In this document: in pieces, positions 11,482 through 22,245 of the stretch
How positions within the stretch are numbered: the first letter of the stretch is position 1
Layout: the number at the start of each line of letters is the position of its first letter
Origin: Tubulanus polymorphus
Lineage: Eukaryota > Animalia > Nemertea
Length of the DNA: 64,000 bases
Assembly: GCF_964204645.1 (NCBI RefSeq)
Contig: NC_134028.1
Coordinates: forward strand, 9,672,001-9,736,000
Direction: 5' to 3'
Position numbers and translations under genes: made by a program
Notes under the pieces: model-generated
Told to the model about the DNA's origin: nothing
Databases searched by the model: none
The model's input: the letters and a program-made list of their open reading frames with translations, nothing else

Positions 11482-12072
11482 GTTTTACCTTCTACATCAA
11501 ATAATGAAATAATATTAAATATTAGTGAAAATAGAAATTATTGTGGCTACTGTAAAGGTGAATTTTCAAACAGTCCATCAAATTGGAATAATCATATGAA
11601 TACAGCTACACATATTACTAATGTAATAGAGCCTGTTGGTATAAGAGAATTTATAGAACACCCATTTAGATATGTAACAAAGTTTGTTTCAAATAAAAAA
11701 GTAAAGATTCATATAAAGATTCATTAGGTGAATTTTTATCTAAGGAACGTAGTAATGATAAATTAGATTTATCTGCTGCTAAACAAATATTAGGATCAAA
11801 CATTGTAAATTAAATTTTGGAGTTAAACACTAAGAAAGATGACAATGAAAATATAGTTACAGGTAAATATATTGATTATAATGATGAAGGTATTAAGAAA
11901 TCGAAAATAGAAGATAGAAGATATAAGTCAAGATAATGCTCAAGTTTTATCAAAAAACGATTTTAATTTGGCTGATTGTGAAAATGATTCGGTAGATATG
12001 TTGAATAAATTGTTAGGGTATGATGATGAAAGTGATTCAGATAGTAATGATAATTATCTAACACGCACATAA
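11482..12072 (+). pseudogene. Remnant ORF with C2H2-type zinc finger and acidic tail
   Basis: YCGYCKGEFSNSPSNWNNHMNTATH at ~11538-11613; 5' end missing (abuts the truncated MCP); stops and frameshifts downstream. Confidence 0.5.
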
Positions 12073-12133
12073 TATATTAGTTGAAAATTGTATAAAATCA
12101 GAGTTAATAAAAAAAGGGGTTTTAAGTATTTAT

Positions 12134-12177
12134 GTATCTAATACGTATCTAATACGTATCTAATACGTATCTAATAC
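12134..12177. repeat. Tandem repeat (GTATCTAATAC)x4
   Basis: Directly visible; lies in the gap where the + and - gene blocks of the virus converge. Confidence 0.9.
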
Positions 12178-12195
12178 ATCAATACTTGAAATACC

Positions 12196-12811
12196 TTATT
12201 TTATAAATTTATATTCCTATGGAAATTGAAGCCTCAGAAGTAATTTTGAACCTTTATTATTCTTTGATTTATTCATATATTCATCATGTAATTCAGTAGG
12301 TATAATTTGATTGATTTTCTTCCAATGATTGTTGCATAGATTTTCTATCTTTGTTATAAAATAAAACTAGAAATCTTATATTCTCCCTAAAATCTTTAAC
12401 AATTGAATTATATTTTTGATTTAAAACCCATGTTGTTATCCGAAAATGTCTCCCAGAGAAAGCTAGATAACATAACTCACTTTCACTCACTTTTGAATCA
12501 TGTAAATTTGCACAATCATCTATAATTGATAATGTATTTGATCCTTTATAAATATCAATTGCTATTTCAATACAATTATCTAAATTTTCTTTTACTGTTT
12601 TAGGATCTAATATAAAAAACTTTTTTATCTTAACTATATCTCTATTATATGTTTTATTAATTTCATAAGTGGGGCAGAATAATATTATATTATCAAAATG
12701 ATTCTTATAAATAGTTTCTAACAAATCTAATATGAAATGTGTTTTACCACCGTTGGTTACCCCAGTAACTAACATATTATGCGGTTCAAATATAAATAAA
12801 TCTTTATTCAT
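12196..12811 (-). pseudogene. A32/FtsK-HerA family DNA packaging ATPase, frameshift near C-terminus
   Basis: Walker A GVTNGGKT, Walker B IIDD, downstream FSGRH and LNQKY motifs; TAAATG start; frame continues as IIPTELHDEYM... after a shift at ~12310. Confidence 0.9.
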
Positions 12812-13880
12812 TTATTCTTTTAATTTTACTAGATAAAATCCATTCATTAAATTTATCATCGTACCCTTTATATTTCACCAAAGAATACTTTTTTCCTTTA
12901 AGAGTTTTTGTTTTCAATACTTTTTCTATTTTGTATTCTATTTCATCTGGGTTTGGAAAAGTGATAATTCTTGTTCATAGAAATAACCTAATATTTCTTC
13001 ATCTTTTAAATCTTCTAATTTATAAACAAAAGGTTTAGTTAATATTATCTTTATAATCTTGAAAATTTCTTCTGTAAAATTAGGAGTATAACCTTTATAA
13101 AATGTTTTTCGATATTTAGATATTCTAACATGTTGTCCAATTTTAAATATAGGTTCTCCGAAATCATGTGTAACAAACGCACCATATAAATTATTCCAAA
13201 CTATTTCTGAATTATCTTCTTTTCTAGCTTGTATAGGTTTCATATTTATAGAACTATGTTTAGAATTATTATAACCTTTCACTAAATCATCTAACACATC
13301 GATATATTTATACGTTTCATTAGCAGTAAAATATTTCCACATTCTAGTTTTCAATGTTTTATTAAATCTTTCTATAATAGATGCTTTTTTATCTGAGTGT
13401 GTGGAAAAATAATCTACATCGTTATCAGATAATAGTTTTTTTGAATGTTTATTATAGAATTCTTTACCTTCCTCAAATTGTATCTTGTCTGGAATAGCTT
13501 CTTTAAATATTGATTTAAAAGCATTTGTTACTTCTATACCAGTTTTATTTTTGATTGGAATTGACCATGCGTATCTACTGAATATATCTATAACATTTAA
13601 TATCCAGAAATATCCTTTGTTGTGTTCTTCTAAGTTCTTCATATCAATTAAATCTGCTTGCCATTGTTGATCGATATATGAAACCGTAACTTTTCTTGTT
13701 AAATAAGTTTTATCCATTTTCTTGTGGATTTGATTGATTTTGTAACCATAATCTTAGTTCACTATATTTTATATTTTCATTATCAGATTTAATTTTATCC
13801 CATAATTCTGAAACGCTAGAATATGATACTTCACTCTCTGGGTTATAATATAAATCTCTTAAATATTGTTCTTTTTTCAT
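12812..13880 (-). pseudogene. Retroviral-type (rve) DDE integrase with C-terminal chromodomain, disrupted
   Basis: N-terminus MKKEQYLRDLYYNP from 13880; core WQADLIDM, IDIFSRYAW, QFEEGKEF (second catalytic Asp appears as Glu), IERFNKTLK. After a frameshift, EYKIEKVLKTK...KYSLVKYKGYDDKFNEWI is a chromodomain. This layout is typical of Polinton integrases. Confidence 0.92.
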
Positions 13881-13887
13881 CTTATTT

Positions 13888-14247
13888 TAATCCATTAATA
13901 ATAATTTAGATTTAGTTTCAATGACTTTATGATTTGGCTTATTTTCTGGTATAATAGGTTTATCATCGGAATCATTATTGTTATTAGATTTTGATTTATA
14001 TATTACACCGGATAATATAATAATTGTGATTAACCCAATTTTAATATACAAGTAATTATTTCTTCCACTATTAGAAGAATCAGATGGATTATCATTCGAA
14101 TCAATATCAGATAATTTCTGTGATTCATTTATATCAGTTAATTTCTTTTTCTTAGCTTTTTTTTAATTCTGCAGATCTTTTACCTAATTCCCTTGCCCAT
14201 TTAATTTGTTTTTCAGATCTAGGCTTCTTCTTAATATCATCACTCAT
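13888..14247 (-). pseudogene. Small basic single-pass membrane protein, frameshifted in an A-run
   Basis: TAAATG start; MSDDIKKKPRSEKQIKWARELGKRS / ...YLYIKIGLITIIILSGVIY...LLLMD*. Confidence 0.55.
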
Positions 14248-14255
14248 TTATTTTA

Positions 14256-14850
14256 GTTAATTTTTGTTCTGATTCATTTTCTGTTTCACCGTGTGGGTGT
14301 TGTACGGCACCATCTGTTTCGTTCTTTTACCTGATTTATATTCTATAGGCTTGATATTCGAAAATGTTATGACACCAGTAGAAATTAATGTCATAACCGA
14401 TCCTAATTAGAATGAAGCGTATCCAACCCATTTTTGTAATTCAGTCATAACTAAGTAGTCATTTTTTAAATCACTATATAATTTATTTTCATCATCAATT
14501 GGTATAATCCGTTTACATAATTTTGAATAACATTTGACAATACCATCACTTATAGAGTCATTTATTCTAGCTAATCTTGACTCTTCATAAATCTTAAAAT
14601 ATTTTATTACTTTATCTGGTTTCATGGCATCTAGTTCTTGATAAGTTACAATTTTTCCCAAGAATTCTTTAGATTTCCCTCCGGCAATTAGTAATTCAAG
14701 ATGGTGCTTACAATATAAGTAGTATTCATAATCAATATTGTTATCAACTTAAGCACAATTAGTTACAACTGCATCATTATCGCCGGTAATGCCCAAATCC
14801 TCAATTGTCTTTTCAATATCAGCATTATTTTTACTCGATTTCTTTGACAT
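14256..14850 (-). pseudogene. Hypothetical viral protein with C-terminal hydrophobic segment, internal stops
   Basis: TAAATG start at 14850; reads in frame through ORF 14407-14661 (GKSKEFLGKIVTYQELD...LKNDYLV) with two premature stops. Confidence 0.55.
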
Positions 14851-15097
14851 TTATATTAGAGAAAAAAGCGAAAAAAAATATTATAAGTATTATAAAATGA
14901 TACTAATAACTCTTTAGGTTAATACTTAATTGACTAGGTTAGTTAAAGTTAAAGAATTTTTATTCAAACCCATTCAAAATCTATTTAATCTAGTGTTAAC
15001 AAGAATTGCAAAAGAAAATATTAAAAATATAATAGAAATAATGGATAGTTGAAGTTATTGTTTTTTTTATTATATTTTATTTGAGATATATTAATCT

Positions 15098-15827
15098 TTA
15101 ACCACTTATTAAAGACTCAACGTATTGTTCATTATTTGGATCATTGTTCCATATTTCAATAAATTTCTTTGCTTTATCCAGTTGATCCAAATATAATTTC
15201 ATATCAAGTTTGTTTCCTTTCCTAGTATGTTCAACTTTTTTTAAAGGTCTTAAATTCTGCCAGCTCCAGATTAATTTCTGATTGTGTTCATCATTCATGT
15301 TGAATTTAGATATTGGTAACACGTGATCAATATGAAAATAATCTCCATAATTATCTATATTCATTTTTTCATTGAACTGATATATAATCCATGATTTGAG
15401 AAATTTATCTGTACAACCCAACAAATTAGATAGTGTAACTGAATGCTTTTCTTTAATGAATAATTGTGATAATCTATTTCTCAAACATTGTTTCATTTTA
15501 AAATTAAGATCTGTTTTGTATCATTCTCTCATATATTCTGTCATATAATCACGGTTATCTTTTTTCCAATCTCTCATGTATTCTGGGTATTTGCTCGCCA
15601 TTGTTTTTTCAATTCTTTACATTTTTCTAGATTATTTATATAATATTGTTTACTATTTTGATTATGGCAGCTTTTGCAGTTATGGCGTAAACCATCATTG
15701 CCAATCTTACGTTAATAATAATCTGTTAATGGCTTACTTTTTTACATTTACAACATGTCTTCTGATAAATATTTATAACAACAGTATTGTTTGTAATATT
15801 GATAGTTTGTGATTGTTCTGACTCCAT
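15098..15827 (-). pseudogene. HNH endonuclease of the giant-virus/endonuclease VII-like type with N-terminal CxxC...CxxC
   Basis: C-terminal ORF has LLGC...WI.YQF...M..DNYG.YFHIDHVLP...NLRPL...KGNK; the disrupted N-terminus from TAAATG at 15827 contains KTCCKCKK and NCKSCH. Confidence 0.8.
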
Positions 15828-15978
15828 TTATAATATATATTTTCATTGAAAATTGTTTAACATTTTAGAATCCTCTTCCATTTCTTCGACTAACGTCATC
15901 CTTTTTCATTTCTCGCTGCTTTTGATAAGTCATTTCGGATCCTTGATATCAAAATCATACCATTTGCAATATCCGTGT

Positions 15979-16154
15979 CGCATGCGCACTGGGCAAAAGC
16001 GCGCATACAGGCGCGCTTTTGATCAATGCGCATGCGCTTATCATAATTATATATTTATTCAGTAAAATTGAAACGACCGAACATAGAAAATTCAAACGCA
16101 TGCGCACTGGGCAAAAGCGCGCATACAGGCGCGCTTTTGATCAATGCGCATGCG
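15979..16154. repeat. Two identical 58-nt GC-rich hairpins in direct repeat (15979-16036, 16097-16154)
   Basis: CGCATGCGCACTGGGCAAAAGCGCGC-ATACAG-GCGCGCTTTTGATCAATGCGCATGCG; 23 of 26 arm positions pair. Confidence 0.9.
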
Positions 16155-17028
16155 CTAATCATAATTGAAACGACCGAATAAAGAACATTCACCAAGCTGC
16201 GCCTACAGATTTACACAATACATATACAAGTATGTTCGGTCGTTTCATCCAATACATCATTTGATTTCTATATATCAAATTTATATTTACAAACATTTTT
16301 TCAATTGCCGGTAAATATTTAACTATATCAACAAATGTTAAACTTAATCATTAGAATTTTTGGAGTAGTCTAAATGTTTTTGAATTCTTATATAGTTTCT
16401 TCGTCGATCTTTGTGTTTCTTGTGCTTCTACGCCAATTTCTATTGGTTCGATACCCATTGCTGTCTATTCCTCAGAAAGAGTATCTTGAGTTTCTCTATC
16501 GCTTCTTGACGCGTATGACATTTTATTAATCTAAAAGATATTAGTGGTAACTCTAGCTATCTAAAAGATATACTAAATATAAATATATTTAAAGGTTTCA
16601 TATTTAGTAGCCCCCCCCCCTTCCCTACTTCATAATAACTACAAAAACAGTACTTACATTTAGAACTGTAAACCTTAACTCCGAATTGTGTTTCGATAGA
16701 TAAATCCTAAGCGTTCTGTATATGCCGTCTGTTCAGTAAGAGAGCGGCGATCCAGTATGTGTAATACATACTTGCGCAACAGTAAATATCAGAGGTATGA
16801 ATCATTATGTCGCAATTAATACATACTCATCAGGCGCCGTGTGTCACTATGGCAACTATAGCAACAGGTGTTTTTGTAAAAAATCAAGAGTCATGTATTA
16901 TAATATATTGATTTTACATGTTGGACAGTAGTACTTCTTATTTGCTTCCATTTTAATATCAAATTTTTTATTAAAATTGATTTTAGAAATTATTCATTTA
17001 TATGTTATTCATATATATGAATATTTTA

Positions 17029-17168
17029 AGAGTAATAGGGGTTCAGGTTAAAGGTTGAAGGGGCGAGTGAGTAAAAAATGAAAAATAAATTCGAGCGTGC
17101 GAGAATTTATTTTTTATGAGCTCGACCGTTCGACCTTTGGCTTGAACCCCTATTATCCCTATTACTCT
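17029..17168. repeat. Right terminal palindrome (hairpin), inverted counterpart of the left one
   Basis: AGAGTAATAGGGGTTCAGGTTAAAGGTTGAA...AAAAATAAATTC-GAGCGTGCGA-GAATTTATTTTT...TTCGACCTTTGGCTTGAACCCCTATTA(TCCCTATTA)CTCT; the loop is the reverse complement of the left loop with one difference. Confidence 0.92.
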
Positions 17169-17541
17169 CGTCCACCAGGAATGTGATTTCCATTCATAAA
17201 ATGAAATTGTATGTCCATAGATGGGTAGTCCTATGTCACCGCATTTAATAGTGAAGAACTTGAACACGGCAATGCTAAGATATTTCGGGCATTTATCAAG
17301 GGATTTTGGGGGATTACGGCACCTGCTTGGAAAGGGGAAAATTGTAATGAAAATGATAATCATTCGGAGAAAAAGAGTGATAGGGTTTTATGTGAAGAAG
17401 CAGAAAACCTCATTTATATATTTTCGCTGAAGATGAAGTCAATATATTCCCATTTATTTCTAGACGATGTATTCGAAGCAATTCCATTTTGGCACGAAGA
17501 AACTAACATACAAAAGACTTACTACGTTGAACTATTTGTCA
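17166..17541 (+). pseudogene. Duplicated intron plus exon fragment of the metalloprotease gene
   Basis: Direct copy of 472-692 (TCTCGTCCACCAGGAATG...GAACTATTTGTCA) with ~155 extra bases at ~17266-17420; encodes VFEAIPFWHEETNIQKTYYVELFV, then stops abruptly. Confidence 0.85.
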
Positions 17542-17932
17542 GTGCGTTGTTGAATATCGGACGGTATTGAATACAACCCCCACAATAAGCCTTTTTACAG
17601 TTTCCAGGCGCCATTTTTTGGGTCCCCGCTGGGTCCACATTGTTGAATTTTTAGGGTTTCTGCCGGTTCCTGAACTTCGCTGAAAAGCTGAAACACTAAA
17701 ACGCTGAAAATAAAACGCTTAAATTTCGAGAATTCCAGAAAAACGCTGAAATTTCAGGGAATTCCCGAAAAACGCTGAAATTGTGCTAGGAACCGACGAT
17801 ACACGATTTGAATATTTTTCCTGGCCCGGTGTCTGCTGCCGGGTCCTAAACCGTGCTTTAGTCTTTACGCCCACAAGGTCGTTGTCTTCGGCTCCCTTTA
17901 ACATTTTCAACTGGCATAAGACCGCAATTTAG

Positions 17933-18306
17933 GTAATGTTGAAACCATCCACAAAACGGAAGTGATATTGAAAAGAGACAAAATGGCGGCTTTTTGAATT
18001 TTGGTTAGGGTCGGAGGGTCAAGAGGGTTAGGGTTAAGGTTAGGGTTAGGGCTACGGGAAGGATTAGGGTTAGGGTTAGGTTCCGTTACATATTATAACA
18101 TTGTAGGGTTAGGATGAGGCTATAAGTAGTTAAAAAGTTACGACTGAACGAAGCAACCGTCGTAGCGCTTTGCGGGTAACGTTAGGCTTGCACACTTATG
18201 CTTGCGTGTTCGAATCCCAATTTTCGTGAATCTTTCTCAGAATTTTCTAAGTCCAGCGCATTCGCGCATGCGCATTGGATTGATTTGTGGATGGTTTCAA
18301 CATTAC
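17933..18306. mobile_element. Non-autonomous element with perfect 23-bp inverted repeats and internal degenerate TTAGGG tract
   Basis: GTAATGTTGAAACCATCCACAAA (17933) / TTTGTGGATGGTTTCAACATTAC (ends 18306); GGGTTA repeats at ~18003-18113. Confidence 0.7.
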
Positions 18307-21300
18307 ACAAATTGCCATAAGACCACAATTGATAGGTTAGTAGCTTGAAGATGCGTATGGCCGGACCATGGTAGCTAGAGTGAAGAAGAGGTCCCCCATA
18401 AATGTTGCTATAATTTCGGCAAATAAGATAGAGGTCTGAGCTCAACCTTTGATCGCTTGATGGAGGACCTCATTTCCTTGACATGAGCCGGAATCTTTAA
18501 ATCAGTTGAATCAGGAGGAACAATAATTGTTCAGGACACACTGTATAACATGATACTTACTAGCCAAAAATTAGTTCATCAAAACTGTATCAGTTCCAAA
18601 AACTACCATCATGTTCACCAAGAATCTTAGTGTCTGATGTACCACAGGTTACACTAGGATCGTAGAGCGACGGAGATCACTGGTGGAGACAACCACTGCC
18701 AGTGCTGGGTGAACCATCATGCTTCCCCAAAATGGAAAATGATATAAATAAATAATATTTTACTTTCGTTTGTCTGTGCATCATGATATAAATTGTTGTT
18801 ATTGTTTTATGTGCATGTATGTACCCGTATGAGCTAACAATGAAGTTTTCACTTCATTTGAATAAATTCTTAACTCCATAATTCTAATTCTCAATTGTTT
18901 TTATTATTGTTTGGTAATTCCTTGCAACTTCTCATTTCCACGTTTCATACAAGAAGTAGTTGAATGAAAGTACAGTTAGGCTGAACCTGACAACCCATAT
19001 TATGTGCTAGCATCGAGATTTGATTATTTCGATTTTATTTTCGGTGTCATTGAAATTCGTAAATAAAGGTTCAACTGTCATTGTACTTAGCATAGCTTTG
19101 ATTGGGTTTCATATTTCTACATTTTCTACAAGGAGGCCTCAAAGGGTCGTCCCCCGGTAGAGATCAAAACTTGGTTTACATTCTCAAGTTGCTGGAGACT
19201 ACCATCTGCATTCATACCTCGATTTGTCTGGCCTATGAGAGTCGAACAACATTTTCCCATACACAGGCTTGGCTTTAGTGTAGATGAAGGCTAGGAACTG
19301 CACATTGTGGATTAACTGGAACTCTAAACTCTCAAAATAAAACGAGTCAACAAGAAAGATCTAATAATTGAACGTTTATCTAACTATATTAATTAACAGC
19401 TTAAACATTATACACAAAAGAAATCAGTTCTACATTTTATCCGAATCAAGCGCTAAAGCCACAGATTCGCTTAGCTTGGGCTTGAATTCTGGGATTCTAT
19501 TGAAATCCCCTTTGTTACCTCGGAATATCGCTCAGCTTTTAAAGACTACAAATTTGGTCCCAGGAAAACCAAGTAAAGCTGTTGACTTATTTTTCTCTGG
19601 TTGAATCAAATTATTACCGAATGAAATATAATCACTGCTGCTACAAGAAGTCTTTTCTTGGTATCTATATGTCCATCTTAGCAAATCAACTTGGTCCATG
19701 ATTCCTCCTTTTATAGATAGTCTAAAAATAAGAATTGTTACAATTTCTAACAGATGCTATGTCATTTCTTTAAAAAACCTGATGATTTTCTCACCACAGC
19801 AAATGAATTATTCGTAATTGTTAAATCCATTCCATGCGCACAATGAATTAAAAGGAAATTAAGTAAGATCCCTTTTGTCTAAAAGTCGCATCATCAGTAT
19901 AACTAGCTATCCAATTTAACTTACCTCAAGTCTCCAACAGAGAATACCACAGTCGCCCATAGTCATGCGTGACGTGTTGACAAAAGAAAGGTGGTTCTCA
20001 TAATCATATTTTATATAGGCCTACATTGAAATGTTCAAATAAGATTTTTTTCGTCTTGTAGAAGTAAACCACATTCTTGGAATATTCAGCATAGTGTTTA
20101 AAGTTGGCTTGTGCGGTTGTGATGGTAAGCGATTTTTTCTACCGGCCACAGTTAGGTTTCGCTCTGCGCATGTTCTGAATATACTGGAAGTAAACAAACC
20201 GTGACGTACGCGGAAGTAAAGTTCAGCACATGTAAGTCGCAATTGAAATTAATTCTTTTCTCTCTTTCTTCTATATGAAATACGTGTGCCACAAATGATG
20301 TTTTTTCATGTCAAATGTATTTTGGACAAAAAGGAAGATCCAATACTCAGAACAGTAGTTGCCAAATCTGGTAGTCATCTCTTGACCGATGAGGGATTGC
20401 GGTCCTTGAAATTAAATTCCTATGTTACTACTAGTGAGTAAGTAGTGTGCACAGGGGTTTGGCGATGGGCTTGGATTTTATTTCCAGGTTGTTGATAATC
20501 TCGCGAGAATGGCGCTAAATATGAACTGCGAATAAATTCAAAATATCACGGAAATACCTTGTGTTTATATTGTTTATTTATCCACTATAAAGTTTCGATA
20601 AACAATTGGTCGTTAAGAATCATTATCAGACGGTCGTCACGCTTTACTATATAAAATCACTTAAATCGATAGTTCGGCAGCCGTGATGAATTCGCGGGAG
20701 GCCTTAACCCCCACCCCTTCTGCAAGTAACTATCGAAATTTAGAAATGCTCCCTAAGGGGCTGCTTATACTCTGTACGACTATTTATTTCGATTACTTTC
20801 TTTCCAGCTATTATTATTCGTGGAATGAACTGATCAACGGTCTTCAATTCCTTTGTGGATTCTTGCAACTGGTGGAAATTCAAACCACAGTGTGCAAGTG
20901 TACGTTTCAAATCAAGCTTTTTGTCATTATTGGCAGTCAAAGTCGTAACTTAACCGTAACGGGGTAGACAAATTATCCCAAGATAAATGAAAACTTCACC
21001 TCGTTGATCGTCAGTGGATTTTGCTGTAATTTTTTTCGCCCGGATAAATCAACACATCATTCATTTCAAAATCTGTGTTCAGTAGAATTTCTTAAAGTAA
21101 AATGAAAATTTTTATGTATTCAAGATTTAATTGATCTCAAAACCTAAAAAGCATTCTTCAGAAATCTAGAGAATCCTAGACTCATTATCAAATTATGTGA
21201 AGTCAGTTAATTTCTTTTGCTCGAATCAAGCCGAGGGCTCTGGTGGCTAAAATTCAATTCCTCACTGTCCTATAACGCCAAGTACGATGGAGTTTACACA

Positions 21301-22245
21301 CTGAAAAACGTTGGGCTGTGTAAGTGTAATTTGGATAAGTCAGCAACATAATGACCGCCCTGCCCCGCTGCATCAGGGACATAAGCAAGTTAGACTGTAA
21401 TAACGCAGTCTCAAATGTTTGCGCTTCGATGCTTTGATAAACAGACTCCTAAGCAAGATGACATGCGTAACCAAATCTATTGTTCATTACAATACTTCAA
21501 TTTCAAAATAAGGATAGGAAAAAAAGTGAACAATAAGTGTTTGCCTTGCGTCTTCAAAAAATTTTTCCAGGAAATAATTCTTTTCCTGGCCACCACCTGC
21601 CTCGACACGGGACTTTTTCAAGTTGATGCAACTGCCACCAGGGGACCATATCTTCGGTATCCGCAAAGCCATTTTGACTTGGTGCATCAGTACTTTTTAC
21701 CTGGTAGCCCTTATGGATCGACATATCCACTATAATGTTGACCCAGGTAGGTTGCGCTTCTTGGAAATAGTCATATGTTATGGACGGATTAGTATTATTT
21801 CGATGAAATCTTCGTACACTTCCAAGTGCGACATATGAACTAGTAAGGTAGAAACCCGTTATCGCAGCTATGCAGCTATATTTGTCCCTATTTCCCCCCG
21901 TTTATTTTTTCTATTTCGTTCATATCTCTGGCTTGGATTAAGATAGAAACAAAGTAAAAATATCTATGAACTCAGCTAATAATTACCCTTGTATTATATT
22001 ACTCAGATTTAATGCCACAATGCACACTGGTCAAGTTATAAAGATTGATATCGTCTTCCCAATAATTCACTTTGAGTTATTGCTTATCCCATTCAAAAGT
22101 TCGTAATTCTTACAAATTTTAATCTACATTTACACCGAGTAGTACGCAAAATGGCGGATTTTTCAACCGATAAAACTAGGTATGAAGATCCGAAGGGTTA
22201 GTTTCGGGATTGAGGTTAGGGGCGGAGGTGAGCTAAGGGTTTGTT

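Larger units (their letters stand above)
5688..17168. mobile_element. Endogenous Polinton-like virus (Maverick/adintovirus-related), decayed, no DNA polymerase visible
   Basis: Sharp AT-rich, intronless, gene-dense block bounded by ~200-240 bp imperfect terminal inverted repeats (5688-~5891 vs ~16931-17168) that start AG and end CT. Contains MCP, minor capsid, A32-like ATPase, rve integrase-chromodomain and HNH genes, many with stops or frameshifts. Confidence 0.92.

Noticed and set aside
9020-13670. Antisense ORFs 9020-9247, 10028-10303, 11127-11384 and 13485-13670
   Set aside because: Shadows of real genes on the opposite strand.
16250-16930. Possible polymerase or helicase remnant in the right arm of the virus
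   Set aside because: Only short broken frames and probable inserted host sequence; no PolB (DxxSLYP, YxDTDS) or Walker motifs found by eye. A translated profile search would be needed to exclude a very decayed remnant.
18003-18113. True telomere or chromosome fusion site
   Set aside because: Short, degenerate, single orientation and enclosed by transposon-like inverted repeats.
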